From: Haloferax volcanii DS2
GTDB lineage: Archaea > Halobacteriota > Halobacteria > Halobacteriales > Haloferacaceae
Reading direction: 5' to 3'
Assembly (NCBI RefSeq): GCF_000025685.1
Contig: NC_013967.1
Location: 1,380,001 to 1,412,000 of the forward strand
Length of the DNA: 32,000 nt
The position numbers were made by a program, and so were the translations under genes. The notes beneath the pieces are model-generated. The model was given only the letters and a program-made list of their open reading frames with translations. It was not told where the DNA came from and did not search any database. Every line of letters begins with the position of its first letter. Position 1 is the first letter of the stretch. Positions 23,626 through 32,000 of the stretch are shown in pieces.

Positions 23626-24828
23626 TCAGCGCTCGGCGTCGTCCAGCCCGCGGAACGCCAGCGTCGAGAAGTTCGGGACGGGTCGCGTCGCCGGTCTGCC
23701 CGGGCCGTCGGTGGAGTCGGAGTCCGAAACCCGGCGCACGATGCCGAGGTCCGAAAGCTCGTAGAGGACGCGCCGGACGGTCGCCGGCGACAGCGACACC
23801 CGCGGCGACGCGGCGATGTGCTCGGTTGCCGTCGAGACCGAGGCCGTCTCCTCGTCGTCGAGCGCGACGAACGCCCGGAGGACGCGCCGGCGGCTCTCTG
23901 GGAGCGCGAACACGCGGCCGAGCGAACAGCCGTCGTCGGGGACGGCGTCGATGCCGGCGCAGACGTACTCGGTATCGATTGTGTCCGCGCCGTCGGCCGC
24001 GGCGAGCGTCGCCGCCCCGTAGAGCGCCGACAGCGCGTCGTGGGCGTCGCCGTCGGCCCACTCGGCCACCTCGCGCGTCGCCACGTGCGGGAGCGCGCTG
24101 CGGGCGACGCCGTCCGACGCGCGCGCGACGAGGATATCGACGAGGCTGTGGCGCTCGTAGGCCGAGACGGCGATGGACGCCGCGTCGGTTACGTCGGTTG
24201 CGTCGTCGTCATCACCGGCTTCGGTCGCGTCGCTCCGCGGGTCACGGCCGACGGTGAGCACCGAGACGTGCGGCGACACCGAAGAAAGCGTCTCGACCGC
24301 CGTCGCCGCGGAGACGGTCTCCGGCTCGCCGACGTGGTCGACGGCGACGACCGCGTGTTCGTCGTGGGCGACCCGCGCCGTGAGCCGCTCGCGGAGCGCC
24401 TCGACGCCGACGCCCTGCGAGGGCACCGGCTCCTTCGAGAGCGTTTCGAGCGCCGCGTGAAGGAGCGCGAACTCGGTCGGAGCGTCCCGAGCGTCGACGT
24501 AGGCGAACGAGGTCGTCGGCGTGGCGGCGGTCCGCGTCGCGGTGTGGATGACCGACCGTCGGGCGGGGAGGGCGCTGGCGAGGTGCTCGAACAGCGCCGC
24601 GACGACCGCCGACTTCCCGACGCCCTTCGGCCCGTGGACGTGAGCGTCGGGCGGCAACTCGCCGTCGAACACCGGGTCGAGATGGTCGAGAATGCGTTCG
24701 AGCGTCGGACCGCGGCCGGTCGGCTCTCGGGGGTGAGCCGTCGGGTCGAGCGCGCTCAGGTCTCGGACGAGCCGCCGTCTCTTCCCGCCGCGTCGACGCC
24801 GCCTGGTGATTCTGTCTTCGAGGCGCAT
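23626..24828 (-). CDS. divergent Orc1/Cdc6-type AAA+ protein, 400 aa
   Basis: ATG start. Walker A HGPKGVGKS preceded by the typical ...GRGPTLERILDHLDPV arrangement. C-terminal winged-helix-like VRRVLYELSDLGIVRRV. The Walker B-like region is VVAVDHVGE, not a canonical DE. Confidence 0.7.
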   Translation of the reverse strand: MRLEDRITRRRRRGGKRRRLVRDLSALDPTAHPREPTGRGPTLERILDHLDPVFDGELPPDAHVHGPKGVGKSAVVAALFEHLASALPARRSVIHTATRTAATPTTSFAYVDARDAPTEFALLHAALETLSKEPVPSQGVGVEALRERLTARVAHDEHAVVAVDHVGEPETVSAATAVETLSSVSPHVSVLTVGRDPRSDATEAGDDDDATDVTDAASIAVSAYERHSLVDILVARASDGVARSALPHVATREVAEWADGDAHDALSALYGAATLAAADGADTIDTEYVCAGIDAVPDDGCSLGRVFALPESRRRVLRAFVALDDEETASVSTATEHIAASPRVSLSPATVRRVLYELSDLGIVRRVSDSDSTDGPGRPATRPVPNFSTLAFRGLDDAER

Positions 24829-25184
24829 GGCGTGGAACGTTCCGTGGCTGACGGTATCCGGCGCACGCGTAAAAACCGACCACTACCGACAGCCACCGTG
24901 TTGAATGAGAACACGAAACACTATAATCGGCCGTCCGGAGCGCTTCAAAGGCAGTTGAGAGATTCGTGACGCCCACCGAGATCGAAGCAACCGTAACTAA
25001 TAGTAACAATGGTTTTGAATTATTGCCGTCGTTTTGATTCGGCGTAGAAACGCCGAGATACGGTATTCTACGACCACTACGATGGCATTCCGGTCTGTGA
25101 AGTGGTCCGTTCTGTGAGACGAACGGGGTGCGAGACGAGTGAAGGTAAAATAAAGTGCCGTCGGTCCTACCTCACGAAAGACAG

Positions 25185-26945
25185 ATGAAAAAATCGCCGA
25201 GCGTCCTCGTCATTGGCGGGGGGTCGACCGGCACGGGCATCGCGCGCGACCTCGCGATGCGCGGGCTGGACGTGACCCTCGTCGAGAAGGGGAACCTCAC
25301 ACACGGGACGACGGGGCGGATGCACGGACTCCTCCACAGCGGGGGCCGGTACGCGGTGTCGGACCAGCCGTCCGCCAAGGAGTGTATCGAAGAGAACCGC
25401 GTCCTGCGGCGTATCGCGGGCCACTGCGTCGAGATGACGGGCGGGCTGTTCGTTCAGCGCCCCGAGGACTCCGACGAGTACTTCGAGAAGAAACTGGAGG
25501 GCTGCCGCGAGTGCGGTATTCCGGCCGAAGTCCTGTCCGCCGAGGAAGCCCGCGAGATAGAGCCGTACCTCGCGAAGGACATCAAGCGCGCCATCAAGGT
25601 CCCCGACGGCGCGGTCGACCCGTTCCGCCTCTGCGTGGCGAACGCCGCGAGCGCCGTCGAACACGGCGCGCGCATCGAGACGCACTCCGAGGTCACGGAC
25701 GTGCTCGTCGAGGGCGGCGAGGTCGTCGGCGTCGAGGTCACCCACCAGACCGGCACCGGCCCGTACGTCCACGGCGAACCCGGCGAGGTCGAGGAAATCC
25801 GCGCCGACTACGTCGTCAACGCGACGGGCGCGTGGGCCGGCCAAATCGGTGACTTCGCGGGCGTCAACGTGGAGGTCCGCCCGTCGAAGGGCGTCATGAC
25901 CATCATGAACACCCGGCAGGTGGACACGGTCGTCAACCGCTGCCGGCCGAAGGGCGACGCCGACATCATCGTCCCCCACGAGACGACGTGCATCCTCGGG
26001 ACGACCGACGAGGAAGTCGAAGACCCCGAGGACTACCCCGAGGAGGGCTGGGAAGTCGACCTGATGATAGAGACGCTCTCGGAGCTCGTGCCCATGCTGG
26101 CCGACGCGCGGACGATTCGCTCCTTCTGGGGCGTCCGCCCGCTGTACGAGCCGCCGGGCACCGGCACGGAGGACCCGACGGACATCACCCGCGAGTTCTT
26201 CCTGCTCGACCACGCTGACCGCGACGACCTGCCGGGCATGACGAGCATCGTCGGCGGCAAGCTCACGACCTACCGGATGATGGCCGAACAGATTTCTGAC
26301 CACGTCTGCGAGAAGCTCGGCGTCGACGCCGAGTGCCGCACCGCCGACGAGCCGCTACCGGGCAGCGAGGACTTCACCGTCCTCCGCGACTACATGGACG
26401 ACTTCGGCCTGCGGTCGCCCATCGGCCGCCGGTCGGCCCAGCGCCTCGGCTCGCGCGCCGACGAAGTCCTCAACAGCGTCGACCCCAACCCGGTCGTCTG
26501 CGAGTGCGAGGCCGTCACCCGCGCGGAGATTCAGGACGCCCTCGACACCGCGGGCACGGACCTCAACTCCGTGCGCATCCAGACGCGCGCCTCGATGGGC
26601 AACTGTCAGGGCGCGATTTGCTGTCACCGGATGGCGAACGAACTCGCGCCCGAGTACGACGAAAAGACCGTCCGCGCCTCCCTCGACGACCTCTATCAGG
26701 AGCGCTGGAAGGGCGAGCGCCACGCCATGTGGGGCACGCAGCTCTCCCAGACCGCGCTGAAGCACATGCTCCACGCGGCGACGATGAACCGCGACGAGGA
26801 CCCCGCCGCGGCCGACGCCGACATCGACTTCGCCGCCTTCGACGACGGCGTCGCGTCCGGCGGCGCGGTGGCAGACGGCGGCCGCGAACGGGCCGCGGAC
26901 CGCGCGGACGACGACGCGCTCGGAGGTGCAGATGGCGATAACTGA
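25185..26945 (+). CDS. glpA: anaerobic-type glycerol-3-phosphate dehydrogenase subunit A
   Basis: FAD-binding [15 protein letters not shown]-like Cys cluster CECEAV...CQGAICC. The track start at 25155 is a GTG overlapping an AT box; ATG 25185 (MKKSPSV) is preferred. Acidic C-terminal extension. Confidence 0.9.
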   Translation: MKKSPSVLVIGGGSTGTGIARDLAMRGLDVTLVEKGNLTHGTTGRMHGLLHSGGRYAVSDQPSAKECIEENRVLRRIAGHCVEMTGGLFVQRPEDSDEYFEKKLEGCRECGIPAEVLSAEEAREIEPYLAKDIKRAIKVPDGAVDPFRLCVANAASAVEHGARIETHSEVTDVLVEGGEVVGVEVTHQTGTGPYVHGEPGEVEEIRADYVVNATGAWAGQIGDFAGVNVEVRPSKGVMTIMNTRQVDTVVNRCRPKGDADIIVPHETTCILGTTDEEVEDPEDYPEEGWEVDLMIETLSELVPMLADARTIRSFWGVRPLYEPPGTGTEDPTDITREFFLLDHADRDDLPGMTSIVGGKLTTYRMMAEQISDHVCEKLGVDAECRTADEPLPGSEDFTVLRDYMDDFGLRSPIGRRSAQRLGSRADEVLNSVDPNPVVCECEAVTRAEIQDALDTAGTDLNSVRIQTRASMGNCQGAICCHRMANELAPEYDEKTVRASLDDLYQERWKGERHAMWGTQLSQTALKHMLHAATMNRDEDPAAADADIDFAAFDDGVASGGAVADGGRERAADRADDDALGGADGDN

Positions 26946-28200
26946 CGACGTGCTCGTCATCGGCGGCGGCATCGCCGCCTGCACGGCCGCGCTCTCGGCC
27001 GCGGAGACGGGCGCTCGCGTGCGCCTGCTCGCCCACAAGAAGAGCACGCTCCGACAGGCCAGCGGCCTCGTGGACGTGCTCGGCTACGCCGGCGGCGACG
27101 GTCCCCTCTCGGACCCCTACGCCGGCCTCGACGCGCTCCCGGAGGGTCACCCCTACCACGTCGTCGGCGAGGACGGCGTCCGCGCCGGCCTCCGCATCTT
27201 CGACGAGGCGGTCGGCGACGCCTACCGCGGCGGCCACACGGACTCGAACGCGCTCGTGATGACCCACGGCGGTGCGGTGAAGCCGACCGCTCGGTATCCC
27301 GCGTCGGTCGCGCCCGGCCTCGCCAGTTCGTCGGGCGACACGCTGCTCGTCGGCTTCGCGGGTCTCACGGACTTCGACGCGCCCGTCGCGGCCGACCACC
27401 TCGCGGCCGCCGGCGTGCCGTTTTCGGCCCGCGGCGTCACCGTCGAGTTCCCCAAGCGGTTCCGCGCCGACGCGAAGGTGACCCGGTTCGCCAAGGCGCT
27501 CGACCGCGACGAGGACGTGGACGGCGGCACGGTCCGCTCCGTCCTCGCTGACACCGTCGCCGAGGAACTGGACGGCGAGTCGCGCGTCGGTTTCCCGGCG
27601 ATGCTCGGCGACGACCACGACGAGGACGTCCGCGCGGAGCTTTCCGACCGACTCGGCGTCCCCGTCTTCGAGGTGCCGACCGGGCCGCCGAGCCTGCTCG
27701 GACTCAAGCTCGAAGACATCCTGTTCGACGCGCTCGACGAGGCGGGCGTCCGCATCTCCGCGGGCAACCCGGCGGTCGACTTCGAGGCCGACACCGGCCG
27801 CGTCGAGACCGTCGTCGTCGACCAGAAGAGCCGACCGACGCCCTACTCGGCCGACCAGGTCGTCCTCGCGACGGGCGGCCTCGTCGGCAAGGGCCTCGAC
27901 TCCGACCGAGAGTCGGTCACAGAGCCCGTCTTCGGCTGTCACGTCCCGCACCCCGAGGACCGCTACGACTGGTCCGACCCCGAGGCGTTCGGCGACCACG
28001 CGTTCGCGCGCTTCGGCGTCGTCCCCGACGACGAACTCCGACCGACCGACGAAGACGGCGAACCGCACTTCGAGAACCTGCGCGCCGCGGGCGGCGTCGT
28101 CGGCGGTGCCGACGTGGCGCGCGAGAAATCCGCGAGCGGCGTCTCCTTGGCGACGGGTGCCGTCGCCGGCCGACTCGCGGGCGAGGAGGCAACCAGATGA
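26932..28200 (+). CDS. glpB: glycerol-3-phosphate dehydrogenase subunit B
   Basis: N-terminal [17 protein letters not shown] 26932 is preceded by GGAGGTG (26922-26928) and overlaps the glpA 3' end by 14 nt. Confidence 0.85.
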   Translation: MAITDDVLVIGGGIAACTAALSAAETGARVRLLAHKKSTLRQASGLVDVLGYAGGDGPLSDPYAGLDALPEGHPYHVVGEDGVRAGLRIFDEAVGDAYRGGHTDSNALVMTHGGAVKPTARYPASVAPGLASSSGDTLLVGFAGLTDFDAPVAADHLAAAGVPFSARGVTVEFPKRFRADAKVTRFAKALDRDEDVDGGTVRSVLADTVAEELDGESRVGFPAMLGDDHDEDVRAELSDRLGVPVFEVPTGPPSLLGLKLEDILFDALDEAGVRISAGNPAVDFEADTGRVETVVVDQKSRPTPYSADQVVLATGGLVGKGLDSDRESVTEPVFGCHVPHPEDRYDWSDPEAFGDHAFARFGVVPDDELRPTDEDGEPHFENLRAAGGVVGGADVAREKSASGVSLATGAVAGRLAGEEATR

Positions 28201-29507
28201 GTGACGCAGAATCCCCAGGCAACCCGACTTTGACCCCCGACGCACAGACAGACGACTTCGAGGCCGTCGAGGTGTTCCCCGACAGCACCGATATGGACCT
28301 CCGTCCCGGCGCGGACAACTGTTACAAGTGCACCGCCTGCGACGTGTCCTGCCCGGTCGCGGAAGTCGACGACGAGTTCCCCGGGCCGAAGTTCCAGGGA
28401 CCGGAGCAGTGGCGGCTCAAGCGCAAGGAAGACGAGGCCGTCGACGACTCCATCATGTCGTGTTCGAACTGCATGCGCTGTGACGACGCCTGTCCCTCGG
28501 GCGTCCCGCTCAGCCAGATGCACAACACGGCCCGCGGCGAGTACGTCGACGAGCAGATGGACAAGCTCTCGCGGGAGTACATCCGCAACCGCATCCTCGC
28601 CAACTACGGCACGCTCGCCCAGTTGGGCAGCATGTTCCCGCGGCTGGCGAACGCCGTCATGGGCAACTCGGTCGTCCAGCGGATAAACGAGAAAGTGCTC
28701 GGCATCACGGCCGAGCGCGACTTCCCCGAGTTCGCCACCCAGACGTTCCGCGAGTGGTGGAACGAACGCGGCGGCCCGCAGGTCCGCTCCGACGAAAAGC
28801 GCGTCGCCTACTTCCACGGCTGTTACTCCAACTACAACACGCCCGAGGTGGGCAAGGCGATGGTCCGCGTCTTCGAGTCGTTCGGCTACGAGGTCGTCGT
28901 CCCCAAGCAGCGCTGTTCCGGGACGCCGATGTTCGCAAACGGGATGCTCGACGACGCCAAGCGCGCCGCCGGCATCAACGTCGACAACTTCGCGGGGCTC
29001 ATCCCCGAGGGCTACGACATCATCGCGTCGTGTACCTCCTGTTCGATGTCGCTCCGCCAGGAGTACCCCGAACTGTTCGACATCGACGGCATCGAGGACC
29101 TCTCGGCGCACACCTACGAGGCGCTGGAGTACCTCCGTATCCACGAGGACCTCGAAGGCGCGGTTCGCGAGGCCTCGGTCGACGACCAGGCGTTCGCGTA
29201 CCACGCGCCGTGTCACGGCCGCAATCAGGGCCTCGACCGGCAGGCGGTCGAGCTGTTCCGCCAGCTCGACGGCGTCGAAGTCGAGGACGTGGGCGACTCC
29301 TGTTCCGGCATCTCCGGCACCTACGGCTGGAAGGAAGAGAAGTACGACAAGTCGATGCAGATCGGCGCGGACATGTTCGACCACATGGAGCACGCCCAGG
29401 GAAGCGTCGGCATGACCGAGTGCCCCACCTGCTCGATGCAGATGGAACACGGCACGGGCTACGACATCAAGCACCCGCTCCAACTCCTCGAAGAGGCGCT
29501 GGTCTGA
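28197..29507 (+). CDS. glpC: glycerol-3-phosphate dehydrogenase subunit C (Fe-S subunit)
   Basis: Two ferredoxin-type motifs, CYKCTACDVSCP and CSNCMRCDDACP, plus Cys-rich CCG-type regions. ATGA overlap with the glpB stop, with GAGGAGG 7 nt upstream. Confidence 0.9.
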   Translation: MSDAESPGNPTLTPDAQTDDFEAVEVFPDSTDMDLRPGADNCYKCTACDVSCPVAEVDDEFPGPKFQGPEQWRLKRKEDEAVDDSIMSCSNCMRCDDACPSGVPLSQMHNTARGEYVDEQMDKLSREYIRNRILANYGTLAQLGSMFPRLANAVMGNSVVQRINEKVLGITAERDFPEFATQTFREWWNERGGPQVRSDEKRVAYFHGCYSNYNTPEVGKAMVRVFESFGYEVVVPKQRCSGTPMFANGMLDDAKRAAGINVDNFAGLIPEGYDIIASCTSCSMSLRQEYPELFDIDGIEDLSAHTYEALEYLRIHEDLEGAVREASVDDQAFAYHAPCHGRNQGLDRQAVELFRQLDGVEVEDVGDSCSGISGTYGWKEEKYDKSMQIGADMFDHMEHAQGSVGMTECPTCSMQMEHGTGYDIKHPLQLLEEALV

Positions 29508-29614
29508 CTCGCGCGCACAACTGACGAACGGGACGCGTTCGACCGCCTTCGGACTCGGGCCGCGTCGCGCTCGGCGCGCGCGCCGGTTCGGCGGCGGTTT
29601 AGAGGACTTTGTTG

Positions 29615-29648
29615 CCGGTTAATCGCCGTTTTTTCCCGTTAATCGGCG
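29615..29648. repeat. direct repeat CCGGTTAATCGCCG / CCCGTTAATCGGCG, 20 bp apart, upstream of glpK
   Basis: The two 14-mers at 29615-29628 and 29635-29648 match at 12/14 positions. A third GGTTAA core lies at 29683-29688. Confidence 0.5.
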
Positions 29649-29870
29649 GACGCGGTCGTTCTGTTCGCCAGACCGATCCGCTGGTTAAAACGGTCGAAAA
29701 AGCGTCCGTATGAAATAAAACTCCCGAATACAGTGGGTACAGGCCGTCTACCTCGATCATAAACGCCACAGTATGCGGGGCAGTAGTAAAGAAACATTTA
29801 TCATATAATTTGTACACGTTTGTAGTGGTAGGACTCTCACACCGAGAGTTCGTATCGAGGTTGGTTAGAA

Positions 29871-31403
29871 ATGTCAGGAGAAACTTACGTCGGTGCCATC
29901 GACCAAGGTACCACAGGCACGCGGTTCATGGTGTTCGACCACGACGGCAAGGTGGTCGCCAACGCCTACGAGAAGCACGAACAGATCTACCCAGAGCCCG
30001 GTTGGGTCGAACACGACGCAAACGAGATTTGGGACAACACGAAGCAGGTCATCGACGCGGCGCTTTCGAGCGCCGGGCTCGACGCCGAGCAGTTAGAAGC
30101 CATCGGCATCACGAACCAGCGCGAGACGACGCTCGTCTGGGACCGTGAGACCGGACAGCCGATTCACAACGCCATCGTCTGGCAGGACCGTCGGACGACC
30201 GACCGCATCGAGACGCTCGAAGCGGAGGGCAAGACCGACGACGTGCGCGCGAAGACGGGGCTCGAACCCGACGCGTACTTCTCTGCGACGAAAGCCGAGT
30301 GGCTGCTGGACAACTCCGACCCCATCAAGCTCCAGCGCTCCCGACCCGAAGATATCCGAGACCGCGCCGCCGACGGCGAACTCGCCTTCGGGACCATCGA
30401 CACGTGGCTCATCTACAATCTGACGGGGAACCACATCACGGACGTGACGAACGCGTCGCGGACCATGCTGTTCAACATCCACGACATGGAGTGGGACGAC
30501 GAACTCCTCGACGAGTTCAACGTCCCGCGCGAACTCCTCCCCGAGGTCCGCCCGTCGTCCGACGACGACTACTACGGCACGACCGACGCCGACGGCTTCC
30601 TCGGCGCGGAAGTCCCCGTCGCCGGCGCGCTCGGTGACCAGCAGGCCGCGCTGTTCGGCCAGACCTGTTTCGACGCCGGCGACGCGAAGAACACCTACGG
30701 CACCGGCTCGTTCATGCTGATGAACACCGGCGACGAGGCGGTCATGTCCGAACACGGCCTCCTCACTACCGTCGGCTTCCAGCGCTCCGGTGAGCCGGTC
30801 CAGTACGCCCTCGAAGGCTCCATCTTCATCACGGGCGCGGCTATCGAGTGGCTCGAAGACATGACGCTCATCGACAACGCCGCCGAGTCCGAGAAGCTCG
30901 CTCGGTCGGTCGAATCCACCGACGGCGTCTACTTCGTCCCCGCGTTCACGGGCCTCGGTGCGCCCCACTGGGACCAGCGCGCCCGCGGTACCATCGTCGG
31001 TATGACCCGCGGCACCCGCCGCGAGCACATCGTCCGCGCGACGCTCGAATCCATCGCGTTCCAGACGCGCGACGTGGCCGAGGCGATGGAGTCCGACAGT
31101 GAAATCGACCTCTCCAGTCTCCGCGTCGACGGCGGCGCTGTCAAGAACAACTTCCTCTGTCAGCTCCAGTCGAACATCCTCGACACGGAAATCGTCCGCC
31201 CGCAGGTCGACGAGACGACCGCCCTCGGCGCGGCCTACGCCGCCGGCCTCGCCGTCGGCTACTGGGAGACGCTCGACGAACTCCGCGAGAACTGGCAGGT
31301 CGACCGCGAGTTCGCCCCGAAAGACCCACAGAACGTCGAGCACCGCTACGGCCGCTGGAAAGAGGCCGTCGACCGCTCGCTCGACTGGGCACGGGAGGAA
31401 TAA
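29871..31403 (+). CDS. glpK: glycerol kinase
   Basis: 510 aa with an ATG start. FGGY-kinase N-terminus YVGAIDQGTTGTRFMVFD and GDQQAALFGQ. Confidence 0.95.
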   Translation: MSGETYVGAIDQGTTGTRFMVFDHDGKVVANAYEKHEQIYPEPGWVEHDANEIWDNTKQVIDAALSSAGLDAEQLEAIGITNQRETTLVWDRETGQPIHNAIVWQDRRTTDRIETLEAEGKTDDVRAKTGLEPDAYFSATKAEWLLDNSDPIKLQRSRPEDIRDRAADGELAFGTIDTWLIYNLTGNHITDVTNASRTMLFNIHDMEWDDELLDEFNVPRELLPEVRPSSDDDYYGTTDADGFLGAEVPVAGALGDQQAALFGQTCFDAGDAKNTYGTGSFMLMNTGDEAVMSEHGLLTTVGFQRSGEPVQYALEGSIFITGAAIEWLEDMTLIDNAAESEKLARSVESTDGVYFVPAFTGLGAPHWDQRARGTIVGMTRGTRREHIVRATLESIAFQTRDVAEAMESDSEIDLSSLRVDGGAVKNNFLCQLQSNILDTEIVRPQVDETTALGAAYAAGLAVGYWETLDELRENWQVDREFAPKDPQNVEHRYGRWKEAVDRSLDWAREE

Positions 31404-31406
31404 CAC

Positions 31407-32000
31407 GTGTTCGAAGCATTCGCACTCCAGATTCCGGTCATCGGCGTCAGTACCGAGCGGTTCATCGTCCTCCTGCTCGCGGCGTTCGCGGGCGGCATGT
31501 TCGGCGCGGCGCTCGGCGCGCTGCCGTCGTTCATCTTCACCGGCTTCGTCGTGTTGCTCGGCGAGACGGCGGGCATCGTCATCCGACAGTTCGAAGGTGC
31601 CGACCTCGTCACCGCCGGCGAACTCGGCACGGGTATCACCGGCAGTATCGGGTTCGGTCCGTTCGTCGGCCCGCACATCGCCTTCGCCGGCGGCGTCGCC
31701 GCCAGTGCCTACGCGGGCAAGCGGTACGCGGACATGGACCCCAGCGAGGGCGGCTACCACTTCGGTAAGGACATCACGTACGCGTTCGGCACGCAGCCCG
31801 ACATCCTCGCAGTCGGCGGCCTCTTCGGCGTCCTCGGGCTCCTCATCTCCCGCATCGCGGGAGGTATCGGCCTCCCGCTCGACAGCGTCGCACTGTCCGT
31901 CATGACGACGGCGTTCATCGCGCGTATCGCCTTCGGCTACCCGCTCATCGGCTCGCCCGCCGGCAGCGGCCTCCTCGACATGTCGCCGTTCGAGAAGGGA
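31407..32000 (+). CDS. membrane protein coupled to glpK (5' partial view, 198 codons, runs off the window)
   Basis: Hand translation from GTG 31407: MFEAFALQIPVIGVSTERFIVLLLAAFAGGMFGAALGALPSFIFTGFVVLLGE... It stays open to the window end. GGAGG at 31394-31398. The start is 3 nt after the glpK stop. Not in the ORF track, presumably because no stop lies within the window. I recall the H. volcanii gene at this position being called glpX, but I am not sure. Confidence 0.65.
   Translation, partial: MFEAFALQIPVIGVSTERFIVLLLAAFAGGMFGAALGALPSFIFTGFVVLLGETAGIVIRQFEGADLVTAGELGTGITGSIGFGPFVGPHIAFAGGVAASAYAGKRYADMDPSEGGYHFGKDITYAFGTQPDILAVGGLFGVLGLLISRIAGGIGLPLDSVALSVMTTAFIARIAFGYPLIGSPAGSGLLDMSPFEKG

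Noticed and set aside
22505-24969. Very long overlapping ORFs (518 aa minus strand; 791 aa plus strand) across the HAD/Orc region
   Set aside because: Both give Arg-rich junk translations. The in-frame HAD (DIDGTLT, GDSVND) and Orc (GPKGVGKS) genes explain the coding signal.
24829-25184. Possible replication origin next to the Orc1/Cdc6 gene
   Set aside because: By eye there are no repeated ORB-like elements and no long AT-rich unwinding stretch flanked by inverted repeats. Only two short 6-bp palindromes are present.
29599-29817. 72-aa minus-strand ORF in the glpC-glpK intergenic region
   Set aside because: It sits in the AT-rich promoter region and has atypical composition for a haloarchaeal protein (basic, low acidity) with no motif.
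25167-31760. Long antisense ORFs over glpA, glpB, glpC and glpK (for example 25167..26303, 26563..28245, 27963..29483, 30093..31760)
   Set aside because: High-GC frame artefacts with Arg/Val/Gly-rich composition and no recognisable motifs. The sense genes carry clear family signatures.
1-32000. Search for tRNA, rRNA, CRISPR arrays or obvious defence-system genes
   Set aside because: I noticed no cloverleaf-like GC-rich 70-90 nt islands in intergenic regions, no regularly spaced direct repeats, and no nuclease, helicase or Cas-like ORFs.

Overview
The window reads as high-GC haloarchaeal chromosome. Gene order and protein sequences match what I remember of the Haloferax volcanii agl/glp region; that identification is from memory and was not searched.

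Layout:
- 1-2311: three small genes, then aglJ.
- 2312-13000: an AT-rich segment holding aglP-aglQ-aglE-aglR on the minus strand and aglS on the plus strand. It contains three insertion sequences: an IS4-family element (2631-5479) split by a nested ISH51-like IS (2983-4385), and a second ISH51-like copy in inverted orientation (9917-11316).
- 13000-20348: aglF, aglI, aglG, the oligosaccharyltransferase aglB (WWDYG motif) and aglM.
- 20470-24828: a DUF368-type membrane protein, two small Cys-motif proteins, a SAM methyltransferase, a HAD phosphatase and a divergent Orc1/Cdc6 paralog.
- 25185-32000: glycerol catabolism genes glpA-glpB-glpC and glpK, then a tightly coupled membrane protein that runs off the window.

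I found no rRNA, tRNA or CRISPR array. Many long track ORFs in the GC-rich half are out-of-frame or antisense artefacts.

I do not see a clearly novel multi-gene system, since the agl and glp loci are well studied. The leads worth following are:
- the DUF368 protein next to aglM/aglB, a candidate dolichol-phosphate recycler;
- the non-MIP membrane protein coupled to glpK;
- the IS insertion at the upstream edge of the aglR core promoter;
- the inverted IS pair bracketing aglPQER;
- a 51-aa zinc-ribbon ORF missing from the ORF track;
- a divergent Orc paralog.
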